Translations under genes and position numbers: made by a program
Notes under the pieces: generated by a model
Databases searched by the model: none
Told to the model about the DNA's origin: nothing
What the model saw: only the letters and a program-made list of their open reading frames with translations
In this document: piece after piece, positions 50,305 through 60,390 of the stretch
Layout of the letters: each line of letters opens with the position of its first letter
How positions within the stretch are numbered: position 1 is the first letter of the stretch
Assembly (NCBI GenBank): GCA_964606545.1
Contig: CAZSHP010000001.1
Coordinates: 3,148-67,147, forward strand
Length of the DNA stretch: 64,000 bases
Origin: an uncultured Sulfurovum sp.
Lineage (GTDB): Bacteria > Campylobacterota > Campylobacteria > Campylobacterales > Sulfurovaceae
Direction of reading: 5' to 3'

Positions 50305-50364
50305 CTAAAATCAAATCTCCTTATAAAATAGAGGTGCTAATTAACAACCTTTGATTTTGAGGAG

Positions 50365-50388
50365 TTAAAGAGAGTTAACTCTCTTTAA
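50365..50388. terminator. Perfect palindrome between convergent genes
   Basis: TTAAAGAGAGTTAACTCTCTTTAA. Confidence 0.65.
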
Positions 50389-50389
50389 A

Positions 50390-50764
50390 CTATCGAGCCA
50401 TAGATGCAGGAGGAATAGGTTCACCCCAAACAGTATCGTCAATTACATACTCTTGGACGACATTACCACCTATAATATGCTCATCAATAATTCTATCTAT
50501 TTTCTCTTTTGTCAACCCAACATACATTGTATGCCCTGGCTCTACCAAGATTACAGGTCCCTGTTGACAACGATTTAGACAAGAGGTCTGAATTGGTGTA
50601 GCTGTAGCGATAATGCCTTTCATCATGAGCTGTTGAGATAGATGTTGCATGAGTTGTTGAGACTCTGGGTTATTTTGACTTACACAGCTTGGTTTTGGCA
50701 TTCCTGGAGGTGCTGACTGTTGACACTTAAATATATAAAATGCAGGTTGTGGTATACCCATCAT
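50390..50764 (-). CDS. Thioredoxin-like [2Fe-2S] ferredoxin
   Basis: IFKCQQ..KPSC, SCLNRCQQGP, RIIDEHIIGG. Confidence 0.88.
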   Translation of the reverse strand: MMGIPQPAFYIFKCQQSAPPGMPKPSCVSQNNPESQQLMQHLSQQLMMKGIIATATPIQTSCLNRCQQGPVILVEPGHTMYVGLTKEKIDRIIDEHIIGGNVVQEYVIDDTVWGEPIPPASMAR

Positions 50765-50873
50765 AGTTTAAATCCTTTAATAGTTAATTAAGAGTATATT
50801 ACTCTTAATTAAAGAAAAGCTAACTTAAATTTATATCTTCTGCTCCAATAGTTATAATAATCGTAACAAAAAG

Positions 50874-53800
50874 TTATTCTAAATATGGTGAAGCTGCTCT
50901 AAATCCAATACCATTTGTACTATTTGGACTATCTGTATCTATACCTGTTGTTCCTTGTGTCAAGTCCAATTTTGCTCCTCCTCTAACAACTACAGCATAG
51001 TCATCCTTGTAAGTCCCTGCACCCATTCCTACATCTATAATACTATTTGCTCCATATATATCATCATAATGGTTGTACCTAACATCATCTATATTTACCT
51101 CCCACCAAGACTGAACACTCTCTATGAAAAACTTTATATTTAAATCTCTATCTATTAACCATATCAAATCTTTTAGATACTCTTTGTAACTACTTCCAAA
51201 CTCATAGACACGAGTCTGATAACCAACTATAGGAACTTGTATATCTCTGCCTAACAGACCATTACGAAGATATGTACCATCACCTCCATTTTCCAAATCA
51301 GCATCTAGTAGTTTTTTGATATGAACATACTGTTTTTGTGTCAGAAGCCCCAAATTGCTATTTATAACACTACCATTACTATCATAAATCTTATATTTAC
51401 TTAGACTTGTCAATATGAGATATGGAGGCATATCTGTAATACGAGACTCTGTACCAAAACGATTTGAATCAAATGATAATGTATCCCCTAGTGGTGTATC
51501 GCTTAGATTACTATCTATATAACCACTAATATCCTCTTTTGTATTAATTAAATTAAAGTTTTTAGAGATAAACTCTCTATAGTTCCCTACACTCCTTAGA
51601 ACCTCATCTTTAGATATTGCAATACCTGATTTTCTAGCTTGATATGAAGATAACCAAAACCCCTTCTCTTTGACTCCATCGTTATCCACATCAAATCCCC
51701 CTGGTACATAACAGAAACCTACAGAAATCATGGCTTTTCCCTCCTCTGACTCTGTCTCCCAAGGACAAGAGGCATTAGCATCAAGAGGGTCTCCCTCATC
51801 ACACTCTAGCTCTTTTAGATTAGCCTGTCCATCTCCATCACTATCATTTGTGGGGTCACTGTTTTCACTATCTACCTCATCCAAGACACCATCATGGTCA
51901 GAATCTTTAGTTGCAGAATCCAAAGCATTGATAATACCATCACCATCAAGGTCTCCAAAACCATCAACTTTATCATTTTTACCATCACTATCAGAGTCTG
52001 TATTTAGAGGATTTAGACCTAATTGAGTCTCCATAATATCACTTATTCCATCATTGTCATCATCAGGGTCATATGAGTTTCTGATTCCATCCCCGTCGGT
52101 ATCTATACTATCAGGATAGTTGTCTATATCAGCCAAATCATTGATACCATCACCATCAGAATCAGTTCCATTATCTGCTCTCCCATCTCCATTGACATCT
52201 ACATCAGCTCCATCAGGAATTCCATCACCATCTGTATCAGGATTTCCAGGGTTTGGGTCTAGGTAATCAGGTAGACCATCTTGGTCTATATCTTTTAGAT
52301 TATCTATTATATCATTTTGGTCATTGACTCCATCACCATCAGAGTCTACACCATTATCTGGAGTACCATCACCATCCACATCTACATCAGCTACATCATT
52401 AATTCCATCCCCATCGCTATCTTGTCCATTATCCAAAACACCATCACCATCTATATCGGCATCTACACCATCTATAATTCCATCTCCATCCATATCAGAG
52501 TTATTAGGGTCAGGGTCATAGACATCTAGTAGACCATCTCCATCTCTATCTACATCTGCAACATCATTAATCCCATCACCATCACTATCCGTTCCATTAT
52601 CATTGACCCCATCTCCATCTACATCTACATCAGCACCATCTGGTATCCCATCCCCATCTGTATCGGGATTATTATCATTTGGGTCTATATCATCGGGTAG
52701 TCCATCATTATCACTATCTTTGCTGTTATCTATAGTATCATATCTATCTGCAATACCATCTCCATCAGAATCTTTTCCATTATCTACTTCTCCATCTCCA
52801 TCTACATCAGAGTCTGTTTTATCATTGATTCCATCACCATCACTATCTCTTCCATTATCTACTTGACCATCTCCATCAACATCAGAGTCTGCTCCATCGG
52901 CGATACCATCACCATCTGTATCTGTATTGTGGTCATTTGGGTCTATATCATCAGGTAGTCCATCACTATCACTATCTTCTCTATTATCTATAGTATCATG
53001 TTCATCATTAATCCCATCACCATCACTATCTACTCCATTATCAGCTTTGCCATCTCCATTAACATCTACATCAGACTCATCATTAATACCATCTCCATCA
53101 GAGTCCTTACCATTATCTATCTCTCCATCACCATCTATATCTGCATCAGCACCATCTTGTATACCATCACCATCACTATCATAATTTTCACTATTTTCAT
53201 CTTCAATATCAGGTATACCATCATTATCATCATCACTATCATAAATATCATTTGTACCATCTCCATCATGGTCATGACCATTATCTACTATACCATCTCC
53301 ATTGACATCCGAATCAGCCCCATCTTTGATTCCATCTCCATCTATATCAGGATTATTATCATCTGGGTCTATATCATCAGGTAGTCCATCGCTATCACTA
53401 TCTACATTGTTATCAATAGTATCTTGTTTATCTGATATACCATCGCCATCAGAGTCTACACCATTATCAATAACTCCATCTCCATTGACATCAGAGTCTG
53501 AAAAATCATTAATACCATCTCCATCAGAGTCTATTCCATTATCAGCTACTCCATCTCCATTGACATCTACATCAGCTCCATCAGGAATCCCATCTCCATC
53601 TATATCATGATTTGGGTTATTAGAGTCTAGCTCATCAGGGAGACCATCATTATCTCTATCTGCACTATTATCTATAGGGTCTCTGGAATCTCTAATACCA
53701 TCTCCATCAGAATCCTCTCCTCCATTATCTACATCTGATATATCATTAATTCCATCACCATCCCTATCTGTTCCGTTATCATTAACTCCATCACCATTAC

Positions 53801-54788
53801 TATCGACATCGGCTCCATCAGGAATCCCATCTCCATCGCTATCAGAGTTGTTATCATTTGAGTCTAGTGCATCAGGGAGTCCATCATGGTCTCTATCTCT
53901 ACTATTGTCAATAGGGTCGTGACTATCTGCTATACCATCTCCATCACTATCTACTCCATTATCAATAACTCCATCACCATCTACATCTGCATCAGCCTCA
54001 TCATTGATACCATCTCCATCACTATCTATCCCATTATCTACTTGACCATCTCCATCAACATCAGAGTCCACACCATCAGGAATTCCATCTCCATCACTAT
54101 CTGAGTTGTAATCATTTGGGTCAATATTATCAGGGAGTCCATCATTATCATCATCAAGGTCATGAGTATCATTGACTCCATCTCCATCATTATCTTTGCC
54201 ATTATCTATTATTCCATCTCCATCGACATCAGAGTCTGCAGCATCATTGATACCATCACCATCACTATCTACTCCATTATCTATCTGACCATCTCCATCG
54301 ACATCTACATCTGCTCCATCTGTTATACTATCAGAATCTGTATCTCTATTATTATCATTTGGGTCTATAGCATCAGGTAACCCATCATGGTCTCTATCAC
54401 TACTCAAATCAGGCCACTTATTGGGGTCTAAAGGGTTTGTCCCTGCAATCATCTCATATTGATTAGAGATACCATCACCATCACTATCATTTGTTGGGTC
54501 ATAATTAGAACGGTCAAGTTGGTCAGGCACTCCATCTCCATCACTATCTTTGATTGCAGACTCTAGTGCATCATCAATCCCATCACCATCTGTATCTTTT
54601 CCACTCTCATATCCATCTAAAATTCCATCACCATCTGTATCAGGATTTTTATATTGTGTCCCCAATATAGCCTCTTGTCTATCGCTCAATCCATCACCAT
54701 CACTATCTATATTCCCCGCTCTATCTTCACAAGCATTTAGAAATAAAATTGACAAAACCAATAAACCTTCTACTATTACTCTTCTCAT
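50874..54788 (-). CDS. Lipoprotein with Ca-binding thrombospondin type 3-like DxDxDG repeats and C-terminal FGE-sulfatase / C-type-lectin-like domain
   Basis: Lipobox FLNAC; dozens of DSDGDG units; C-terminal GFWLSSYQA...VVRGG...GIGFRAA. Confidence 0.8.
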   Translation of the reverse strand: MRRVIVEGLLVLSILFLNACEDRAGNIDSDGDGLSDRQEAILGTQYKNPDTDGDGILDGYESGKDTDGDGIDDALESAIKDSDGDGVPDQLDRSNYDPTNDSDGDGISNQYEMIAGTNPLDPNKWPDLSSDRDHDGLPDAIDPNDNNRDTDSDSITDGADVDVDGDGQIDNGVDSDGDGINDAADSDVDGDGIIDNGKDNDGDGVNDTHDLDDDNDGLPDNIDPNDYNSDSDGDGIPDGVDSDVDGDGQVDNGIDSDGDGINDEADADVDGDGVIDNGVDSDGDGIADSHDPIDNSRDRDHDGLPDALDSNDNNSDSDGDGIPDGADVDSNGDGVNDNGTDRDGDGINDISDVDNGGEDSDGDGIRDSRDPIDNSADRDNDGLPDELDSNNPNHDIDGDGIPDGADVDVNGDGVADNGIDSDGDGINDFSDSDVNGDGVIDNGVDSDGDGISDKQDTIDNNVDSDSDGLPDDIDPDDNNPDIDGDGIKDGADSDVNGDGIVDNGHDHDGDGTNDIYDSDDDNDGIPDIEDENSENYDSDGDGIQDGADADIDGDGEIDNGKDSDGDGINDESDVDVNGDGKADNGVDSDGDGINDEHDTIDNREDSDSDGLPDDIDPNDHNTDTDGDGIADGADSDVDGDGQVDNGRDSDGDGINDKTDSDVDGDGEVDNGKDSDGDGIADRYDTIDNSKDSDNDGLPDDIDPNDNNPDTDGDGIPDGADVDVDGDGVNDNGTDSDGDGINDVADVDRDGDGLLDVYDPDPNNSDMDGDGIIDGVDADIDGDGVLDNGQDSDGDGINDVADVDVDGDGTPDNGVDSDGDGVNDQNDIIDNLKDIDQDGLPDYLDPNPGNPDTDGDGIPDGADVDVNGDGRADNGTDSDGDGINDLADIDNYPDSIDTDGDGIRNSYDPDDDNDGISDIMETQLGLNPLNTDSDSDGKNDKVDGFGDLDGDGIINALDSATKDSDHDGVLDEVDSENSDPTNDSDGDGQANLKELECDEGDPLDANASCPWETESEEGKAMISVGFCYVPGGFDVDNDGVKEKGFWLSSYQARKSGIAISKDEVLRSVGNYREFISKNFNLINTKEDISGYIDSNLSDTPLGDTLSFDSNRFGTESRITDMPPYLILTSLSKYKIYDSNGSVINSNLGLLTQKQYVHIKKLLDADLENGGDGTYLRNGLLGRDIQVPIVGYQTRVYEFGSSYKEYLKDLIWLIDRDLNIKFFIESVQSWWEVNIDDVRYNHYDDIYGANSIIDVGMGAGTYKDDYAVVVRGGAKLDLTQGTTGIDTDSPNSTNGIGFRAASPYLE
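51960..54720 (-). repeat. Coding tandem repeat region (about 10 higher-order units of roughly 60-90 aa)
   Basis: Units begin D.D.DGLPD.(I/L)DPN, followed by D.DGDGIPDGAD.DV.GDG..DNG.DSDGDGIND. Confidence 0.85.
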
Positions 54789-55900
54789 CTACTCTCTCTT
54801 ACTCTATTTGGATAACTTAGTATTGCCTCTATTCTTCTATTTTGTCTCTTACCATAGTCTGTCTTATTATCAGCAATAGGTTGACTCTCACCCATACCAT
54901 AAAAACTAACTCTTGCAGGACTCACACCCAACATAACCAATCTATCTGCAACTGATTTTGCTCTTCTCTTTGAGAGCAAAAAGTTGTAATCGCTCTTGCC
55001 AACACTATCTGTATGTCCCACAATTTTTACGATACTACCTCTATTTCTTAGAAGAAAATTTGCAAAATTTTGAATTTTTGACATAGAATCTGGATTAATT
55101 GTCGCCGAGGCTATTGCAAAATTGACTCTTAGTGTTGCTTTTGCAGGACAACCAAATCTATCAACTACAAAATCACAAGGGGTGTTAGGACACTGGTCTA
55201 GTCTATCCAAGATACCATCTCTATCTCTATCTAATCCTTCTATTTTTTTAGGACAAGTTTTACTATTAATATATACTGGTATCTCTCTTTGTACAACTAC
55301 TCTCTTTACTGGTCTCTTTACAACTCTCTTTCTAGGAGGAGGTGTAGGTGCAGAGATATGTCTGACCACTCTTCTTTTGTGTCTCTTAACTCTCCTACTC
55401 TCTATTGGAAAACTCATACCTACATTAAACATAACTTCATTATTCTCATCCTCTCCTCCAAGAATTTGAAGTATCTTGCCCTCTAATTTTGCTTTGTATC
55501 CATTTTTCATCTGATAACCAACACCAAACCCTCCTTGTACAAAAGGGTGACTCTCAAAACTATGTGCAACCTCTGAAGAGACTCTCTCATAACCCAATCC
55601 AACTAATCCATATGGAGTAAACTCTGTATAGTTCTCATACTCATATATACCATTGACTGAAGTTTTCCATAGAGAGTTAACTCCATCATAATCAGAAACA
55701 TTTACAAAATCAATATCAAATCTAGGACTCACTACATATCTATTCATCTGATAGTTAGCACTAAGCCCGTAGTTTTTAAATTTACTTCCACCCTCATTAT
55801 GAATAGAGGTGGTTCCCACACTGATACCTATCTCATTCTCTATACTACTATTCAAAAAAGTTGTCATTATGAATAGAGTAAATATACTAACTTTTTTCAT
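54785..55900 (-). CDS. OmpA-family (CadF/OprF-like) outer-membrane protein
   Basis: Signal peptide, 8-strand barrel, DRDRDGILDRLDQCPNTP, GHTDSVG..YN..LSKRRA, RQNRRIE. Confidence 0.92.
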   Translation of the reverse strand: MKKVSIFTLFIMTTFLNSSIENEIGISVGTTSIHNEGGSKFKNYGLSANYQMNRYVVSPRFDIDFVNVSDYDGVNSLWKTSVNGIYEYENYTEFTPYGLVGLGYERVSSEVAHSFESHPFVQGGFGVGYQMKNGYKAKLEGKILQILGGEDENNEVMFNVGMSFPIESRRVKRHKRRVVRHISAPTPPPRKRVVKRPVKRVVVQREIPVYINSKTCPKKIEGLDRDRDGILDRLDQCPNTPCDFVVDRFGCPAKATLRVNFAIASATINPDSMSKIQNFANFLLRNRGSIVKIVGHTDSVGKSDYNFLLSKRRAKSVADRLVMLGVSPARVSFYGMGESQPIADNKTDYGKRQNRRIEAILSYPNRVRESR

Positions 55901-56171
55901 CAGGACTCCATCTCTCTGTTTTAAGTCTTGATTTTACCATAATTTTTTAATAAAAGTATTATTTTAAGCTTTTTTTAATAGAAAAGATAGTTAGTAGAAC
56001 ATTGAATATTAAATACTATTTAAGACAATGTTATAGGTGTAAAGTTTTATTAGAAATTGTGAACTAAAAAAGGGTAAACTAATTAACATAGGGGAGGCTA
56101 ATTTTTAACAAAGAACAACTAGCTTCACGAATGCTCTAGTATCAAGAAGCTAATGAGCATTCATGTTTTAA

Positions 56172-57008
56172 TTAATATACAATCTCTGCATTACCATAGA
56201 GTGTCTCTATTTTGTTCTTTAGAGCTTCCATGACTTTTTTCTTTTTGAGCATCTGTTCGATATTTTGTTTTGAATCTTCAAAAGATATTTTACCAGCCTC
56301 TTTTTTATTGAGTAGATAGACAACATGATAACCATGTTTAGTCTCTATCGGTTTTTTGAGTAGAGTTTTTGGTTTTGCTTTGTAGGCTGCATCAAATAGA
56401 TTCTGAGGTGCTTGACCCTCTCCGAACCATCCCATATAACCATTTTGTTTATACTCTTTTGCTATCTCAATAAACTCTTTATTTAAATCTTTGGCATTAG
56501 TTAATCTTTTGATAATACTTTTAGCCTCTTTTTGGGTTTTAGTTATAATATTTGCTATCTCTATAGAGTTTGGAAAATTAAATTTCTCTTGATTATTGTT
56601 ATAAAAATCCTTTATTTCAGAGTTAGTTATATTTGTTGATTTAAACTCTTTTTGTTGATATGCTATAAGTGCTATAGAACCCTTTATATTACGAATTTGT
56701 GCCTTTGTCAAGTTCTTTCCAGCAGCTTTTTTATACTGTTTTTCTGCTAACTCTTTCTGTTTTTGAAATGCCTCTTTGAATTTGGGGTCATTGACTATAT
56801 CACTTTTTAAAAGATATGCGTGAATTAACTCCTCTTTTATTAGATGCTCCATAAGCTCTGCCATTTTGGTATCATCAAGCTGTTCATAGCCTTTTGGTAT
56901 AATAGAGTCATCTACTTTGTGTCCATTTACTGTCACGAGTGTTTTACTAAAGATAAGTGTAGTCGATAGTAAAAATATTGAGACGAAGGTGAATATCTTT
57001 TTTTGCAT
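56172..57008 (-). CDS. PpiC/parvulin-type peptidyl-prolyl isomerase (PEB4/PrsA-like)
   Basis: Signal peptide; LVTVNG; GYMGWF; PIETKHGYHVVYL. Confidence 0.85.
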   Translation of the reverse strand: MQKKIFTFVSIFLLSTTLIFSKTLVTVNGHKVDDSIIPKGYEQLDDTKMAELMEHLIKEELIHAYLLKSDIVNDPKFKEAFQKQKELAEKQYKKAAGKNLTKAQIRNIKGSIALIAYQQKEFKSTNITNSEIKDFYNNNQEKFNFPNSIEIANIITKTQKEAKSIIKRLTNAKDLNKEFIEIAKEYKQNGYMGWFGEGQAPQNLFDAAYKAKPKTLLKKPIETKHGYHVVYLLNKKEAGKISFEDSKQNIEQMLKKKKVMEALKNKIETLYGNAEIVY

Positions 57009-57057
57009 TTGAAATTCCTTTATGCTAAAATTTTATTGCAATTTTAACATAAATGAT

Positions 57058-57801
57058 TTAATCTACTGTCTCTGCTATAAAAGTTTTTATTACTTTTCCT
57101 CCAAACTTATAGATACCATTTTCTAAGCTAATATATAGTTCATCACCAGATTTTGGAGTGGTTTTTACCATATTATCCAAAAGCTTCTCTACATGACACC
57201 GAACAAAACATGCCACCATACCCGTACCACAAGCCAATGTCTCATCCTCTACACCTCTCTCATAAGTCCGAACAAACAGTTCATCTCTCATCGGTTTACA
57301 GATATTAACATTAGCATTATATTTGTACCGTAGCCTTCTCATCTGCTCTATATCAAACTCTTCAATCGTATCACGAATAGCTACAAGATGAGGAACACCC
57401 GTATTTATAAGCCACCAGTTTTCCCCATCCTCCTCTACTCTATTTAGAATTTTAGGTGTTCTCATATCACTAACTACATATAGTCCATTGATAGTGGCTC
57501 GAATAACACCTGCGCCAGTTAAAAACTCAGCTTTTCCATCTTTTGAGATTCCTTTTTCATGTGCAAAGTGTGCTACAGCCCTAGAGGCATTACCACACAT
57601 ATCAGCTAGACTTCCATCTGAGTTATAAAACTCCCACTCAAAATCATACTCCTCATGTGGTAGTAGAACTACCATCCCATCTGCACCTATACCATTTTGG
57701 CGATGACACAGTTTTGAAGCTAGTTTACTTCGGTCTGCTCTATCTTTTGCAATAAATATTATAAAATCATTGCCGTTTGCTGAGTATTTTGTTACTCTCA
57801 T
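57058..57801 (-). CDS. dapF: Diaminopimelate epimerase
   Basis: KYSANGNDF, GIGADG, NSDGS..MCGNASR, TGVPH, RTYERGVEDETLACGTG. Confidence 0.96.
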   Translation of the reverse strand: MRVTKYSANGNDFIIFIAKDRADRSKLASKLCHRQNGIGADGMVVLLPHEEYDFEWEFYNSDGSLADMCGNASRAVAHFAHEKGISKDGKAEFLTGAGVIRATINGLYVVSDMRTPKILNRVEEDGENWWLINTGVPHLVAIRDTIEEFDIEQMRRLRYKYNANVNICKPMRDELFVRTYERGVEDETLACGTGMVACFVRCHVEKLLDNMVKTTPKSGDELYISLENGIYKFGGKVIKTFIAETVD

Positions 57802-58273
57802 GTATTAATCCTTTTTTTGTTTTTATAAATAGAATAAATAGAGTTAATACAACAAAAATCAATATGCTATTTCCTATAAAATCGTGTGCCAAGGAGAAGT
57901 TTCCTACCTCATCCAATACGAGCTTAGCTACTAGCCATATTCTAAATATATTAATAGTTGTAATAACAGTATATCCAATTATGCTCCATTTTATTTTATC
58001 TAATATAGTGGATGGAAAAGCTATAATAGATGATAAGAAAAAGAGATATGGAACCATACCATTACACGCCTTTTCTATAACTAAACTGTAGTGGTTGTTT
58101 ATAATAATCTCATACCCTTTTGTTATCCCATCATTTAATGTTAATGATACTATATAAGCTGTCATATCTGTTTGTAGATGGTTAAGAATATCTCCAAGAG
58201 GCGATATATCCCAATAAAACAGAGTAAATAACAAGGCTAAATTAAACCAATATAATAGTATGAATTTTTTCAT
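57767..58273 (-). CDS. Exosortase/archaeosortase-family membrane transpeptidase (short form)
   Basis: About 4 TM segments with ordered catalytic-triad motifs IEKACNG (Cys), NIFRI (Arg), LAHD (His). Confidence 0.75.
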   Translation of the reverse strand: MKKFILLYWFNLALLFTLFYWDISPLGDILNHLQTDMTAYIVSLTLNDGITKGYEIIINNHYSLVIEKACNGMVPYLFFLSSIIAFPSTILDKIKWSIIGYTVITTINIFRIWLVAKLVLDEVGNFSLAHDFIGNSILIFVVLTLFILFIKTKKGLIHESNKILSKRQ

Positions 58274-58860
58274 TATTTTTTAGATTTTTTTTTCTTATCA
58301 TTAAAGGTAATTGTTCCACCAGCAAACTCTTTTTTTGTTAATCTTATTTTTATATTTTGTATCATAAAACTTTGAGTATCTTGCCCTATAGTTTTTGATA
58401 TGACTAAAAGCTTATCTCTTTTCTTACTTTTATATATTTTAAATAACTCCATATTCATAGCTATCTTATCAACAGCCACATTTTCTTCCATTCTTAGAGG
58501 TAATTCATACTTTGTCCCCTCTAATCGTAGAAGAGTATTATTCTCTTTATATACCAACCATACAACCTTGACACTTTGCAATCCATAGATGGAGTGTTGA
58601 GTATTATCTATAATAAGTTTATCAAATTTTTTCTCTTTATAAGTTACTGAGATATTTTCATCAGCTTGTAGTATATCCATATAGAGTATCTTGCTACCCT
58701 TCATCATATCAGAACTCTTCTCTAAATGATTAAAGAGATTTTTATTTGATGCACGAAGTATCTCTGCACTTTTATAGAGAGCCATCAGCACCAAAGAGAG
58801 TAACATTATAGAGATAAGAACCTCTAATAGCGTAAAAGCCTTTTTATTTTTTGCTCTCAT
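58273..58860 (-). CDS. Type II secretion minor pseudopilin (GspJ/PulJ-like)
   Basis: Prepilin motif KKA|FTLLEVLISIMLLS; located in a gsp operon. Confidence 0.75.
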   Translation of the reverse strand: MRAKNKKAFTLLEVLISIMLLSLVLMALYKSAEILRASNKNLFNHLEKSSDMMKGSKILYMDILQADENISVTYKEKKFDKLIIDNTQHSIYGLQSVKVVWLVYKENNTLLRLEGTKYELPLRMEENVAVDKIAMNMELFKIYKSKKRDKLLVISKTIGQDTQSFMIQNIKIRLTKKEFAGGTITFNDKKKKSKK

Positions 58861-58878
58861 TATTTACTATTCACTAAG

Positions 58879-60390
58879 TTAATCTTCCATAATCCCAATA
58901 CGAACACACTCTTCATAACTAGTCTCTCCTTCAATAAGCATCTCTTTGAGTTTATCAGCAATGGTTTTCATTCCTGCCTTTTTCATAGCTGTACGAATCT
59001 GGTGGTCATTTAATCCATCCTTCATCATAATTTTAACAGAGTCATTCATAATAAATAGTTCACCAACAGCTTTTCTCCCACTATATCCAGTAAAATCACA
59101 ATCTTTGCAACCTTTTGCCTTATAGTATATAGCATAAGGAGGTAGTTGTAGCTCATCTATAACTGATTGTGGTAACTCCGTTGGCTCCTTACACTCACAT
59201 AGTCTTCTCGTTAATCTTTGAGCAAGAACACCAAGAAGAGTAGAACCAATTAGGAAATTCTCTATACCCATATCCATCAAACGAGAAAGAGCAGAGGTAG
59301 CATCATTGGTATGTAGAGTAGACAACATAAGGTGACCTGTTAAAGCAGAACGAAGTCCAATATCAGCTGTTTCACTATCTCTCATCTCTCCAATCATTAT
59401 AATATCAGGGTCTTGTCGTAATATAGAACGAAGACCTGCTGCAAATGTTAATCCTACCTTGTCATTAACCTGAATCTGATTTACATTCTCTGCATTATAC
59501 TCTACAGGGTCTTCTACAGTAATAATATTCTTATCAGGTGTAGCGATATGTTGTAAACAAGCGTGTAGAGTTGTTGATTTACCAGAACCTGTAGGTCCTG
59601 TTACTAGAATCATTCCATGAGGGTGTGTAAGTAGTTTGTTTAGGTCTCTTGTGAGGTCATCTGAAAACCCTAGAGTCTTTAGAGTAGGAATGCTTTCACT
59701 CGTCATAAGAAGCCTCATAACAACTCTCTCTCCATAGTAGGTTGGAAGTACAGAGACCCTAATATCTAGTGATTTACCTGCTATAGTTACCTGTGTTCTA
59801 CCATCTTGAGGTACTCTCTTTTCTGATATATCAAGGTTTGAGATAACTTTAATCCTAGAGATAACAAGACCTGTAATATTTTTGTCTATATCCAAATGCT
59901 TTTTCAAAGCACCATCAATTCTTAGACGAACCTCACCCTTTTTCTCTAGCGTCTCTATATGAATATCACTAGCTCCCTTTTTAATAGCCTGGAAAAATAA
60001 TGAATTTACTAGTTTTACTACAGGTGCAGACTCCTCATTGGATAGTAAGTCTTGTGAATTTCTAATAAAATCAAGTAGGTCTGACTCTACCTCTATAATA
60101 TCATCTCCACTCTCTGTCTCAATAGAATCAAAATCACTTCCAGTCTTAATCTCTCTAAATTTATTTTGCAATCTCTCAAAACTATCAGAGTCAACCTCTA
60201 CTACAGGATAGTCAATATCCAATTTGGATAGATAATTAAGAGCCGTAGATAGAGTACTTTTTTGTACAATTGTACACTCTTTGCCCTGTACCATAGCAAA
60301 GAGAAGATTATGTTTCATCGCAAGTGTATTATTGACATCATCATTCCAAATTGGTTCAAGGTCAATATCTTCAATAAATGGTAGTCTCAT
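58879..60390 (-). CDS. gspE: Type II secretion ATPase
   Basis: ASDIHIE, LDISEKRVPQDGR, GPTGSGKSTT, EDPVE, LRQDPD, GEMRD, TGH, LHTND, Cys pairs. Confidence 0.93.
   Translation of the reverse strand: MRLPFIEDIDLEPIWNDDVNNTLAMKHNLLFAMVQGKECTIVQKSTLSTALNYLSKLDIDYPVVEVDSDSFERLQNKFREIKTGSDFDSIETESGDDIIEVESDLLDFIRNSQDLLSNEESAPVVKLVNSLFFQAIKKGASDIHIETLEKKGEVRLRIDGALKKHLDIDKNITGLVISRIKVISNLDISEKRVPQDGRTQVTIAGKSLDIRVSVLPTYYGERVVMRLLMTSESIPTLKTLGFSDDLTRDLNKLLTHPHGMILVTGPTGSGKSTTLHACLQHIATPDKNIITVEDPVEYNAENVNQIQVNDKVGLTFAAGLRSILRQDPDIIMIGEMRDSETADIGLRSALTGHLMLSTLHTNDATSALSRLMDMGIENFLIGSTLLGVLAQRLTRRLCECKEPTELPQSVIDELQLPPYAIYYKAKGCKDCDFTGYSGRKAVGELFIMNDSVKIMMKDGLNDHQIRTAMKKAGMKTIADKLKEMLIEGETSYEECVRIGIMED

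Noticed and set aside
50874-51050. Possible diversity-generating retroelement variable region
   Set aside because: No reverse transcriptase or template repeat in the window; kept only as a fold observation
51960-54720. Periodic nucleotide repeats superficially like a CRISPR or satellite array
   Set aside because: They are degenerate in-frame coding repeats, with no constant repeat-unique spacer structure and no cas genes
51730-54879. Many plus-strand ORFs rich in SPSPS / ITI
   Set aside because: Antisense shadows of the GAT-GGA-GAT repeat gene; no RBS or independent features
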